DNA of 37,443 nt from Squatina squatina. Its lineage: Eukaryota. The notes under the pieces were generated by a model. The model was not told the origin of the DNA. It saw only the letters and a list, made by a program, of their open reading frames with translations, and searched no databases. Where the stretch lies: contig JARFOE010451567.1 of the NCBI GenBank assembly GCA_031763465.1, forward strand, positions 1-37,443, in the 5' to 3' direction. Positions 1-10,340 of this stretch are shown here, one piece after another (position 1 is the first letter of the stretch; every line of letters starts with the position of its first letter). The position numbers and the translations under genes were made by a program.

Positions 1-560
1 GAGTACTGTGAGCAGTTTTGGTCCCCGTATTTAAGGAAGGATATAAATGCATTGGAGGCGGTTCAGAGAAGGTTTACGAGGATGATTCCGGGTATAGAGG
101 GATTGTACGATGAGGAATGGTTGAACAGGTTGGGACTCTACTCATTGGAATTTAGGCGAATGCTGGGAGATCTTATTGAAGCAGAGAAGATTCTTCGGGG
201 GCTGGACAGGGTAAATACTGAGAGGATGTTTCCTATCATGGGTGAGTCTAGGACCAGAGGTCACAGTCTCAGAATAAAGGGGAGCCCATTTATGACAGAG
301 CCGAGGAGGAATTTCTTCACCCAGAGGGTGGTGATTCTTTGGAACTCCTTGCCACAGAGGGCTGTGGAAGCTGAGACATTGTGCCAATTTAAGTCCGAGA
401 TAGATAGATTTCAAATCAGTTAGGGAATGAAGTGTTATGGGGAGATAGGCGGGGAGCTGGAATTGAGAAATGTAGGATCAGCCATGATCCAACTGAATAG
501 GGGAGTGGGCTCGACGGGCCGAAGGGCCTACTGCTGCTCCTATTTCTTATGGTCTTATGT
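1..560 (+). mobile_element. CR1-clade LINE (shark HER1-like), 3' end of ORF2 plus 3' UTR and tail
   Basis: Translation EYCEQFWSPYLRKDINALEAVQRRFTRMIPG...LGLYSLEFRR..GDLI...SRTRGHSLRI...RRNFFTQRVV.LWNSLP is the typical CR1 ORF2 C-terminus. The 3' UTR has the gggccgaagggcct hairpin and ends in (TTCTTATG)-like repeats at about 544-560. A premature stop lies at 421-423. Confidence 0.95.
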
Positions 561-2295
561 CAGTAGCAGATTGAGTGAGGGGGTCTCAATGCACCCAGGC
601 GGGGCATGGAACCGGGGATCCACCTGGTCGCTGCGTTGTTCACTGTACCACAGTGGGAGAGACAGGGCAGCACATTTGGAGCAGAGCGGCAATAAGCCTG
701 GGATATTCCTGTGCTCTGTGTGTGCAGCTCATTCCCAAACCTGGTGAGAGAGGGCAGTTCACTGTGCACAGGCTGATAATGTAGCCTGCGACCTTGCTGC
801 CTCGTTTGTGGGGCACAGTACCACATTGGGTGAGAGAGGGCAGCTCATTGAGCAAAGTCCGGACAAGTAGCCTGGGATCTTCCTGCTCTGTGTTTTGGGC
901 CCACTCACACATCAGGTGAGAGATGGCAGCTCACTGGGCACTGATCAGCCATGGAGCCTGGGATTTTCCTGCAGTGTTTGAGGAGCTCAGTGCGACACAT
1001 GGTGAAGAGGGTGTCTCACTGCACACAGGCCGCTTATAGAACCTTCAATATTGCCGCCCTGTATGTGGGGCTCGGTACCTCACTGGGTGAGGGAGAGCAA
1101 CTCACCTGCCACGATCTGGACAAGTTGTGTGGGATCTTCCTGCTCCATATCAGGCTCCACACAACACGGTGTAAAAGATGTCTCCCCATTGGGCAGGGCC
1201 TGGTGATGGAGCCTGGGATCTTCCTATTCTGTGTTTGGGGCTCAGTACCACCCTGTGTCAGAGGGGGCACCTCACTTGGCAAATTACAGGAATGGAGCTT
1301 GGGATCTTCCTGTGCTGAGTGTGCGGGGCCCCCGTACCAAACCGGATGAGAGAAGGAGGCTCATGGGGCCCATACTGGGCATGGAGCCTGGGATCTTGCT
1401 GCTCTGTGTGTGGGGCTCAGGACCACAATCGGTGAGAGAGTGTGGCTCCGTGGGCACAGACTAGGCATGTAGCTTGGGAATTTCCTGCTCTGTGTGTGGA
1501 GCTTGAACCACACTGGGCGAGGGCAGCTCACTCGCCACAGCATGAGCACAGACCCTGGGATCTCCCTGTTTAGTGTGGGGCTCAGTACCACGGTGGGTGG
1601 GAGAGGGCAGCTACTGGGCACATGCCGTTGGCATGGAGCGTTGGATCTTACAGCAACATTTGTGGGGCTCAGGATCAGAACTGTTGATAGATGATAGCTC
1701 ATTAGGCACGAGCCTGACATCGGGTTTCGGATGTTCCTGGACTGTGCTTTGGGTTCAGCAGCTCACTCGGTAAGAGACGGCAGCTCACTGCTCATCGCCA
1801 GCACATGAACCCTGGGATCGCCCTGCTGTTTTTGGTTTTCAGCACCACAGCCGGTGTGGAGAGCAGCTCACTGTGGATAGGCTGGGCCTGGAGCCTGCAA
1901 TCATCCCCCTCTGTGTGCGCGGGGCTCAGTATCAAACTGGATGTGAGAGGGCAGCGTACTATACATAGGTCAGGCATTGAGACTAGGTCCTTCAAGTTAT
2001 GAGTTTGTGGGCTTCAGTTCCACACCAGGTGAGAGAGGACAATTGGGCTTGTGGCCTGGGATCTTCCTGCTCCTTTTTTGGGGCACGTACACACCAGGTG
2101 GGAAATGGCAGCTCAATGGCACAGGCCAGGCATGTTGACTTCGATCTTCTTGCAACATGTGTGGGGCTCAGTAGTACAGCAGGTTAGAGACGGCAGCTCA
2201 GTGGGCACAGGCCAGACATGGATCTGATCAAATGTCTGCTCCATGTGTGGAGCTCAGTACCATACCAGATGAGAGAGTGTAGCTCACTGGTCGGG

Positions 2296-2655
2296 CATAA
2301 GGACATAAGAAAATAAGGAATAGGATCCGGACTTGGCCATTCAGCCCCTCGAGCCTGCTCCGCCATTCAACAAGATCATGGGTGACTTTTAACCTCAATG
2401 CAATTTTCACGCACTATCCCCATATCACTTGATGTCTTTGAAATCGAGAAATCTATCAATTTCTGTTTGGAATTTACCAAGGACAAAGCCTTTTCAACCC
2501 TCTGGGGCAGAGAATTACAAAAATGAACTACAATCCGACTGAAGAAATTTCTCCTCCTGTCTGTCCCAACTGGTCTGCCACTTATTCCGAGTTTGTACCC
2601 GGTTCTCGGCCCATCAGCCAGCGAAGCTTCCTCCCTGCCTCTTCCCTATCGAGCC
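2296..2655 (-). mobile_element. 5'-truncated CR1 LINE 3' fragment inserted into the 86-bp satellite
   Basis: Begins cataaggacataagaaa (reverse complement of the TTCTTATG tail), then ggccattcagcccctcgagcctgctccgccattcaa (CR1 3' UTR) and antisense ORF2 end. The satellite monomer resumes (atggagcctggg) right after it. Confidence 0.9.
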
Positions 2656-4347
2656 AATGGAGCCTGGGCTATTCTTCTCTCTGTGTGGGCCCCAGGACCA
2701 CACCGGATGTGGACAGCTCACTGGGCACAGCCATGTATGGGGCTCAATACCACTCGAGGTGAGAGAGGGCAGCTCACTGGTCAGAGGGCGCGCATGTAGC
2801 CTGGGATCTTCCTGCTCTGTGTGCACGGCTCTGTCGCATGCTAAGTGAAGGAGGGCAGATTGCTGGGCAAATGCCAGGCAAAGAAGCTGGGAGCTTCCTG
2901 CTTCGTAGGTGGGACTCAGTAATACACTCGGTGAGAGTGTGCAGCTCACTGGGTGCAGTCTGAATATGGAGCCTGGCAACCTCCTGCTCTATGTGTGAAG
3001 TTCAGTAACACATCATGTGTGAGATGAAGCTGAACGGTCACAGCCCGGCTATGGAGCTTGTGAATGTCCTGCTCTGTTAGTGGAAATCGGAACTACACTG
3101 GGGCAGAGAAGTTCACTCGCCACAGAATGGAGATGGAGCTTGGGATCTCCTGCTCTGTGTGGGGCTCAGTACCACACGGGGTGAGAGAGGGAAGCTCACT
3201 GGGCAATGTACAGGCAGGGAAACTTGGATGTTCCTTTTGTGTGGCGGGTTCAGTACCACAGCGAGTGTGGAGTGCAGGAAACTGGGCACAGGTCGGGCAC
3301 GGAGCCTGGCTTATTCCCCCTCTATGTGCACGGTGTGCAGTGCCATACTGGGTGAGAGAGGGGAGCACACTGCGCACAGGACGAGCATTGAGTCTGATTC
3401 AGTGATAACATTGTGTGTGATGGTCAGTAGCACAACAGGTGAGAGTAGGCAGCTCAGTGGACACAGGTTGAAACCTGGGATCTTCCTGTGCTGTGTATGC
3501 AGCTCGTACTGCACCGGATGTTCAAGGGCAGCTCACTGGCAAAGGCTGAATTTGATGCTGAGATCTTACTGTTCTGTTTGTGGCGCTCAGTACACACCGG
3601 GTGAGAGAGGGCAGCTCACTGAGCACAGACCGGGCATTGAGGTTGGGATCTTCCTGCTCTGTGTATGCGGCACAGTACCACACCCGGTGAGAGAGGGCAG
3701 CTCACTGTTCTCATGCCAGTCCTGTGGCTTGGAATATTCCTGCTCCATTTGTGGGGCTCAGTACTCCACAGGATCAGAGCAGCTCAGGCGGCATTGGCAC
3801 GCAACGAGCCTTGAACTTTCCTGTTCTGTTTGTGGATCTCAGCACCACACCACGTGAGAGATGAAACAAAATGGTTACGGGGCTGATGTGCAAGTTGGGA
3901 TCTTGCATATTCCATGTGTGTGGCTCAGTGCAACACATTGGTGGGAGAGCGCGAAACTCACATGGCTCATGCTGGGCATGTATCTTGGGATCTTTCTGCT
4001 CTGTGTTTGGCGGGGGAGCTGGTCAGAACCACACAGCCTGAAAGAGTTCAGCTCACTGTGCGCAGGCCTGGCATGGAGCATGGGCTCCACCAGCTCGCTG
4101 TTTGGGGCTCAGTACCACACCGGGTGAGAGAGGGCAGCTGGCTGGGCACAGGTTGGGCATAGACTCTGGGCTGTACCTGCTCGCTGTGTGGAGCTCAGCA
4201 CCACAACTGTGAGAGAGGGCAGCTGATTGGGCAAAATTTGGGCATTGAAACTGCGATCAACATGCGCTTTGTGTGGGGCTCAGTACCAAACCGGTGAGAG
4301 AGTGCAGCTGGCTGGGCACAAGTTGTGCATACAGCATGGGATATTCC

Positions 4348-4802
4348 TGCTCTGTGTGTGGGGATCATTAACTCACTGTGAGCTCTGTGTGTGGGGCTCA
4401 TTAACTCACTGTGTGCTCTGTGTGTGGGGATCATTAACTCACTGTGTGCTCTGTGTGTNNNNNNNNNNNNNNNNNNNNNNNNNNNNNNNNNNNNNNNNNN
4501 NNNNNNNNNNNNNNNNNNNNNNNNNNNNNNNNNNNNNNNNNNNNNNNNNNNNNNNNNNAACTCACTGTGTGCTCTGTGTGTGGGGATCATTAACTCACTG
4601 TGTGCTCTGTGTGTGGGGATCATTAACTCACTGTGAGCTCTGTGTGTGGGGATCATTAACTCACTGTGTGCTCTGTGTGTGAGGACCATTAACTCACTGT
4701 GTGCTCTGTGTGTGGGGACCATTAACTCACTGTGAGGTCTGTGTGTTGGGATCATTAACTCACTGTGAGGTCTGTGTGTGGGGATCATTAATTCACTGTG
4801 TG
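4348..4802 (+). repeat. 33-bp minisatellite (TGCTCTGTGTGTGGGGATCATTAACTCACTGTG)n spanning an assembly gap
   Basis: Near-identical 33-nt units on both sides of the N run. The ORF track shows the 11-aa periodicity THRAHSELMIP. Confidence 0.95.
4459..4558. other. Assembly gap (100 N)
   Basis: Run of N inside the minisatellite; the true array length is unknown. Confidence 1.
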
Positions 4803-5057
4803 AGATAGGGCAGCTCGTTGGGCACATGCCAGCAATGGAGTCTGAGATCTTCCTGCTCTGTGTGTGGGTGTTAATACTTCATCGGGTGAGAGAGCGCCAC
4901 TCATTGAGCACAATGCGAGAATGAAATCTGTGATTTCCAGCTCTCTGTGTTGTGCTGAGTATCATAGTGGGAGATAGAGCTGCTCACTGGGCACATACCA
5001 GACATGGAGCCTGGGATCTTCCTGCCATGTGTGTGGAGCGCTATACGACACATGGTG

Positions 5058-5233
5058 AGTGCTTGGACCAATGTACTCGAGGACAGCTTACCGAGTTTTC
5101 TGGGAGGTTGGTTCAACTCAAGCTGGCAAAGGGAGAGTCACCAGGCTGAATCACTGGAGAGGAGATTGTTGTTGTACAGAGGATTGGGAGTGAGATAAGC
5201 TATAGAATAAAGAATAGTTCAGAAAATGAAAGC
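5058..5233 (+). mobile_element. Decayed CR1 ORF1-end / inter-ORF fragment, paralogous to about 18410-18590
   Basis: ggaccaatgtactc...ggttcaactcaagctggcaaagggag...gagaggaga...cagaaaatgaaa aligns by eye with gggatcaatggcctc...ggtttaagctaagctggtagggag...gagaggaga...cagaaatggaaa. Confidence 0.7.
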
Positions 5234-5284
5234 AGGCAAGAGATTGAGTGTGTGTATGACACGGCGAGGAAGAGAGAGGGCGGG

Positions 5285-5806
5285 CAATAAAGTGAGTGAG
5301 ATTTGCTCCAAAGCAACCCATGACAATGTGTGACGATGAACATCATGTCTATTTGTGTGTTAATATCTATTGTGGATTTGTGGATGCATTTTATTGCACA
5401 AATAATGCATCTGGCGGTGTTCTATTGTGTGCAGGGAGTTCCGTGGTTCACTTAATATTACACAGGGATTGGATAAATATTCACAGGGAGTTTCGATCAG
5501 CCAGTGGTCTGTAGAAGTGTTTTATTGGTTAATGTCAGCGATTGGCAGTCTCGGAGTGCAGCCAGAGTGTCTACATGAGTGAGTTAATATTAATCTCTGT
5601 TCTCTGTCAGAGTGTCAATATTCCTGAGCTCAGTGGGAGTGTTTTCAGGTGCACAGCTTGTTTGTGGCGGCGTGTTATGATGTATACTATGTGTCAGTGA
5701 ATCCGTTAATATTAACCTGCATCACTGGGCTGGTGGCGGAGAGCTGGTTGGTGAGACCATGAGGAGGAATTGAGTTCTGATGCTGCAAGGTCTTCAGTTG
5801 CTCTCA
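5285..5806 (-). repeat. Duplicated ~500-bp 3' flank (UTR-like) of the GPCR pseudogene, copy 1
   Basis: Collinear with 20613-21115 (same strand) and 35489-35990 (opposite strand). Shared blocks include gtgttaatat, aatattc(c/t)gagctcag(t/c)ggga and catcactggg. Confidence 0.85.
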
Positions 5807-6215
5807 TCAATTAATGCATTTTATAATTACAGTAAAGTGACGTAACACCATATTCTTCAACTGCTCTCTGGAATCAGACTGGGGAAGGGCAGAAATGCAA
5901 GTGTTTCTGCAGCAACTCAGGAGCTGGAGCATGAACCCCATTTGTTGCACAAAATAAAGTAGAGATGCAGACTCATACCTCAAAAGCCTCAACCACTCGC
6001 TTATAAGAAACACGATAACCACAGTCGATGACAGTATGATATTCCCAGAGACTTGGAAAAAGAATGTGTTGGATTTCGCTCAGTTCTCAAACGCTGGACC
6101 TCTCGGAATGTCCCCACTGCTGTGATCACAGACTCTCCTGCTTATTGTGCCAGCGACCAACATGTGTCTAATGGTGAAAACATTCAGCGATAGAATGAGA
6201 AGAAATGGGAACCAC
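5807..6215 (-). pseudogene. GPR139-like class A GPCR pseudogene, TM5-TM7 and C-terminus
   Basis: Minus strand reads PFLLILSLNVFTIRHMLVAG..SRR..DHSSGD.PRGP.FEN*..KS...VSGNIIL..VVIVFLI...MGFMLQLLSCCRNTCISA..Q...REQLKNMV...IN*, with an in-frame stop at 6080-6082 and a frameshift. This matches the recalled motif pattern of the expanded chondrichthyan GPR139-like receptors. Confidence 0.85.
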
Positions 6216-6329
6216 ATGTAGAATGTAAGGAAGGAACGCGCTGGCTGCCCAGACCTGTGATTGCAGAACAGCACGTTCCTTCCTTACATTCTAAATGTGG
6301 GTCCAATTTCGTCTTATTCAGTTGGTATC

Positions 6330-8590
6330 TCCCTTCTCTGTGTGGAGCTCAGCATCACACCAGGGTGAGAAAGAGCAACTCATTGGGCACAGACTGGGTA
6401 CGTAGTCTGGGAACAGCCTGCACCGTGTGTGTGGCTCAGTACAACACCGGGTGAGAGTGCACTGCTCACTGGGCACATCCAGAGACATAGATTGGGAAAT
6501 TTCTGCTCTGTCAGCGGCTCAGTTCCAGCGGGTGAGAGAGGGAAACTCACCCTCGTGCATGGAGACTGGAAACCTCAAGCTCTCTTTGTGGAATTGTGCA
6601 TGGCACCTGTATAGAGAGGTAGCACACTGGGGACAGGCCCATGGAGCCTGTGCTTTACAGCTCTGTGTATTGGTCACAGGACCAAACCGGTTGAGATTGG
6701 GAAACTCAATTGGCAAAGGCCGTGCAGGATTCTGTGATCTGTCTGCTTTGTGTGTGGAGCTCAAGACCACTCCGGGTGAGGGCAGTTCACTGGACAAATA
6801 GGGACTTATGGCCTGCGATCTACGTACACTGTGTGAGGCTCAGTAACACACCGGGTGAGATAGGGAACCCAATTGGCACAGGCAGTTCATGGAGCCTGGG
6901 ATGTTGCTGCTCTTTGTGCGGGACTCAGTAACACCCTGAGTGGAGCATCTTACCGGACACAGGTCAGGCATGGAGCAGGTAGCATCCTGCTCTCTGTCTG
7001 GGGCTCAGTATCGTACTGGGAGAGTTAGGGAACCTCACTGGGCAATGGCTTGCCGCGGTGCCTGGAATCTTACTTATGTGTGTGTGTGTCAGGCTCATTG
7101 ACACCTTGAGTATGGGCATCCCACTGGATACATGTGGAGCATGGACCGGCGATCGTTCTACCCCCTTTATGGTACTCAGTTCCACACCGGGTGTGGGAGG
7201 GCATCTCACTGGGTATTGGCGAGGCATTGAGTCTGGGATATGCCTGTCTTGTGTGTGGGTCTCAGTAATACACTGGGTGAGAGAGGCTGCTCACTGGACA
7301 TGGGATGAGCTTGGAGCCTGGAACTTTTCTGCTCTCTGTGTGTGGTCTCAGTAATGCACCAGATGAGAGAGGCTGCTCACTGGACATGGGATGACCTTGG
7401 AGCCTGGAACTTTTCTGCTCTCTGTGTGTGGTCTCAGTAATGCACCAGATGAGAGAGGCTGCTCACTATGCATGAGCTGAGTCTGGTGCCGGTGACTTTT
7501 TTGCTCTGAGTTTGTGGTCTCAGTGACATCACAGGTGACAGTGGCCAAGTTACTTGTCACGGGCCGAGCAAGGAGATTGGGAACTTCCTGGTCTGTTTGG
7601 TTCACACCGTTTAACTGTTGGAGAGAGAAGGCAACGCACTGGGCACATGTCGAGCATGGATCCTGGGATCATCCTGCCCCGTGTCTGACGTTCTATACCA
7701 CTCTGTATGAGAGGCCACAGGTCACTTGGAACAGGCCGGGCAAGGAGCCAGGGATATCCCTGCTCTGTGTGTCTTGCTGAGCCGCAAATGCGGGTGAGAG
7801 AGAGCGGCTCACGGGGCACAGGCAGGGCATGGAGCTTGGATCTTCCTCCCACTTTAGTGGGGCCCAGTATCCCAAGGGGTGAGACACGGCAGCTCACTGG
7901 CCACAGGCCGCACATGAAGCCTGATATCTTCCTGCTTTGAGTGGAGATCAGTAACAAACTGGGTGAGAGAGAGCAGCTCACTGAGCACAGGCCGGTCAGG
8001 GAACCTGGGAAAATCCTGCACCATTTGTGGGGCTCACTACAGCACCAGCTGTGATATTGGGCAGCCCCTGGGCACAGGCCAGGAAGCGAGCATGGGATCT
8101 TCCTGCTCTGTGAGTGTAGGGCTCACTAACCCCCTGGCAGATGGCACCACACTGAATGCATGTGGGGAATGGACCCTGGGAAAATCCTACCCAGAGCGTG
8201 GGGCTCACTACCATAGCGTAGAAGAGAGTTAATTTCAGTGGGCTCAGGACAGATATGGAGAGTGGGATCTTCCTACTCTCTGTGTAGGGCTCTGGATCAC
8301 AACTGCTGTTGGTAGCCCTCTGGGCACAAGCCAGACATGGTACCTGGGATCATCCTGGTCTATGTGAGAGAGAGCAGCTCTCTGCACACAGGGCGGGCAT
8401 GTAGCTTGGGCTCTTCCTGCTCTGTGCTGTGGAGCTCAGTACCTCACCAGATGACTCAGGGCAGCTCACTGGGCACAGGCCAGGAATGGAGTCGGGGATA
8501 CTCGTGCCCTGTGTTGTGCGGCCCAGGACCACAGCAGGAGAGGGAAGGTAGCTCACTGTGCACATGCTGAACATGTATCCTGGGATTTTC
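6330..8590 (+). repeat. ~86-bp satellite, second + strand block
   Basis: Same consensus as 561-5057 but more diverged. It includes a near-exact monomer duplication at 7278-7449. Confidence 0.93.
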
Positions 8591-8654
8591 CTCTCAATAA
8601 CAGTCAATAACAAACAATCCAATTTCTAGTTCTTGCGTTGAGGGGCGAAATGTC

Positions 8655-8777
8655 CTGTTAAGTATATAATAATTAGGAACAGGAGTAGACCATTTAGCCC
8701 TTCGAGCCTGCTTCATCATTGAAAAAGATCAGGGCACATCTTCGACTAAAACTCCCCTTTCCTGCACGATCCCCATA
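8655..8777 (-). mobile_element. CR1 3' UTR fragment
   Basis: aggaacaggagtagaccatttagcccttcgagcctgct...aagatca...tccccataa is the reverse complement of the CR1 3' UTR seen at 430-545. Confidence 0.8.
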
Positions 8778-8894
8778 ATGGTTCTGCACATGTCACATCT
8801 TACCAGCTGAGCTCATGTTTATGACCTTGAATTGGGACCAAACAAACAACCTTGTCTTCTGAAAGATGGAGAACTGCCGGCTGAGTCCAGCTGC

Positions 8895-8984
8895 CCAATG
8901 ATCCACGTCACCCAGAGAGTAAACACCTTTTCCCAGGATATGGTCAGAGAGCAGAGCCACTCCCCATGTGTGTGTGATTATAAA
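8895..8984 (+). promoter_or_regulatory. Putative Pol II promoter: CCAAT, CCACGTCA (UPRE/XBP1-CREB3-type), forkhead GTAAACA, TATA box
   Basis: CCAAT at 8895-8899, CCACGTCA at 8903-8910 overlapping CACCC, GTAAACA at 8919-8925 and TATAAA at 8979-8984, about 80 nt upstream of a signal-peptide ATG. Confidence 0.6.
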
Positions 8985-9062
8985 GGCAGCAAACTCTCAG
9001 TGAGGATCCAGAGCATTTCTACTCCAGCCCCATGAATCTGACTCTGAAAAATTCAGCAGAAG

Positions 9063-9150
9063 ATGATGAAAGCTCTGCTTTTAATTCTTGGGTTCCTGGT
9101 GCTGACTCAGTCCAGCCCGTCCAGATGGTTTTATTTTCTACCCATACAAG
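9063..9150 (+). pseudogene. Orphan first coding exon of a secreted protein (signal peptide); no downstream exon found
   Basis: ATG ATG AAA GCT CTG... = MMKALLLILGFLVLTQSSPSRWFYFLPIQ, with a basic N-region, hydrophobic core and TQS cleavage-like site. It is followed by a phase-1 donor CAAG|GTAAAT at 9150/9151. Confidence 0.6.
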
Positions 9151-9222
9151 GTAAATGTCTCCGATTTCTCAGCAGCCAGTGTTTGGAAAGTGAGGTAATG
9201 TATTTTATTATGTTTTTGAGTG

Positions 9223-10340
9223 TCACATTTTAATTGGTTGAATGAAGATAAAGCTGCGATTCGAAGAATCTCTGAAGAATTTAACCTGATCCAGTTCCAC
9301 AGTAAATCCCCTGATTGTCCAGTGGGTAACTGAGCGGGTACAGGGAATGGTGGCTGTTGTTTGCTGCTCCGAACAGACCAGCCATAGATATATGTATTGC
9401 TGGCTGGTGCTGAGTGGGCAGTTCTCAGTTGAAGCATTGAGCTGGTTGGGAGAGTCTGTAATTGGCCCCAGTAACTCGGTGCTAGAGAGGGGAAAATACC
9501 AGTTGTTGTTCCCGATCACTGCTACCTGCTGCAAATTGTGACAGTTTGGACTCTTTTTGAGGACAGGTCCGGAATCTCCATCAGTCCCTTTTCCACTGCA
9601 CTCACTGTCCAGACCAATAGATGAAAATGGTGCTTTGGGAGCGATACCGGTGTTCTCTGTGGAACCTGTCCCCAGAGATGAATCAGCTTTCCATAAAATG
9701 AGGGCAGGGAATGCCCTCAAAGCTGTAAACACGTTTATTTAATTTTACTTGAACTGCAGCCTTCATAGAGTTCGGGATGTGAGAACAGGCACTAACTAGA
9801 TGAGGCAAGTGGTGAAGTGATTCGCTCAATAACTGGGTCCCAGTCTGACGCAGTAGGAAGTTGAGTGGACCAGTTGTGGTTTGATGTCCCACTCCAGTAC
9901 ATACAGACCTGCACTGGGAGAGTGCTGAAAAGTTGCAGTTGACAAACAATGACTGGGGGAGTGTTGCAATGTTGCATGTGACATCCCTGCGCTTGGGGAG
10001 CATTGCGAAGTTGGAAGTGACAGCCCAGCACCCGGGGAGTGATGCACTGTTGAAGGTGAGACCTCAGCGTCGGGGGTATGTTGCCTTTTGGAGGTGACAA
10101 TTCAGCACTGGGGAAGAGCTGCACTGTTGGCGGTGACAGTCCAGATTTGGGGGAGAACTGCGCGACTGCTGGTTACAGCCGAGCAATGAAATAGTGCTTT
10201 ACATTTGATGGGGACATATTGCAGTTGAAACATTGAATTGAGACCCGGGCTACCTGTTCATGTGGCAGGAAACATCTTTTGGAATTATTTGAAGATCTGG
10301 GAGTTCCCTGGATTCCTTGGACCAACATCACTCTGTCAAC
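9223..10340 (-). pseudogene. Probable decayed large coding exon of an unidentified Ser/Pro-rich protein
   Basis: Overlapping minus-strand open frames (10340-9826, 10003-9683, 9732-9223) with disordered-protein composition, and a codon-phased 39-bp repeat broken by one stop and one 1-nt deletion. The gene is not recognised. Confidence 0.45.
9904..10214 (-). repeat. Eight diverged 39-bp (13-codon) tandem repeats
   Basis: SPSNVKHYFIARL / *PAVAQFSPKSGL / SPPTVQLFPSAEL / SPPK-QHTPDAEV / SPSTVHHSPGAGL / SLPTSQCSPSAGM / SHATLQHSPSHCL / STATFQHSPSAGL. The span is 311 nt = 8x39-1. Confidence 0.85.

Larger units (their letters stand above)
561..5057 (+). repeat. ~86-bp tandem satellite, diverged monomers, interrupted by a CR1 insertion and a 33-bp minisatellite
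   Basis: Consensus approximately GTGAGAGAGGGCAGCTCACTGGGCACAGGCCAGGCATGGAGCCTGGGATCTTCCTGCTCTGTGTGTGGGGCTCAGTACCACACCGG. The GTGA(G) anchor recurs at 744, 830, 916, 1002 and 1087 (period 85-86). Confidence 0.95.

Noticed and set aside
52-423. Stand-alone 123-aa gene
   Set aside because: It is a CR1 ORF2 remnant with a non-ATG start and a premature stop.
3159-3857. 232-aa Cys-rich ORF resembling a zinc-finger protein
   Set aside because: It is satellite translation. CxxC motifs are present but there is no C-x2-C-x12-H-x3-H spacing, and the frame shifts every monomer.
4348-4802. Tandem V(D)J RSS heptamers (CACTGTG/CACAGTG)
   Set aside because: There is no ACAAAAACC-like nonamer at 12 or 23 nt and no V, D or J segments nearby.
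4195-4827. His-rich repeat protein (THRAHSELMIP)n
   Set aside because: It is a 33-bp minisatellite that is open in several frames and spans a gap; there is no gene context.
9223-10200. Retroviral env fragment (CMYW...W in one frame)
   Set aside because: That frame is an off-frame reading of the 13-aa repeat exon. No LTR, pol, furin site or TM motif is seen.
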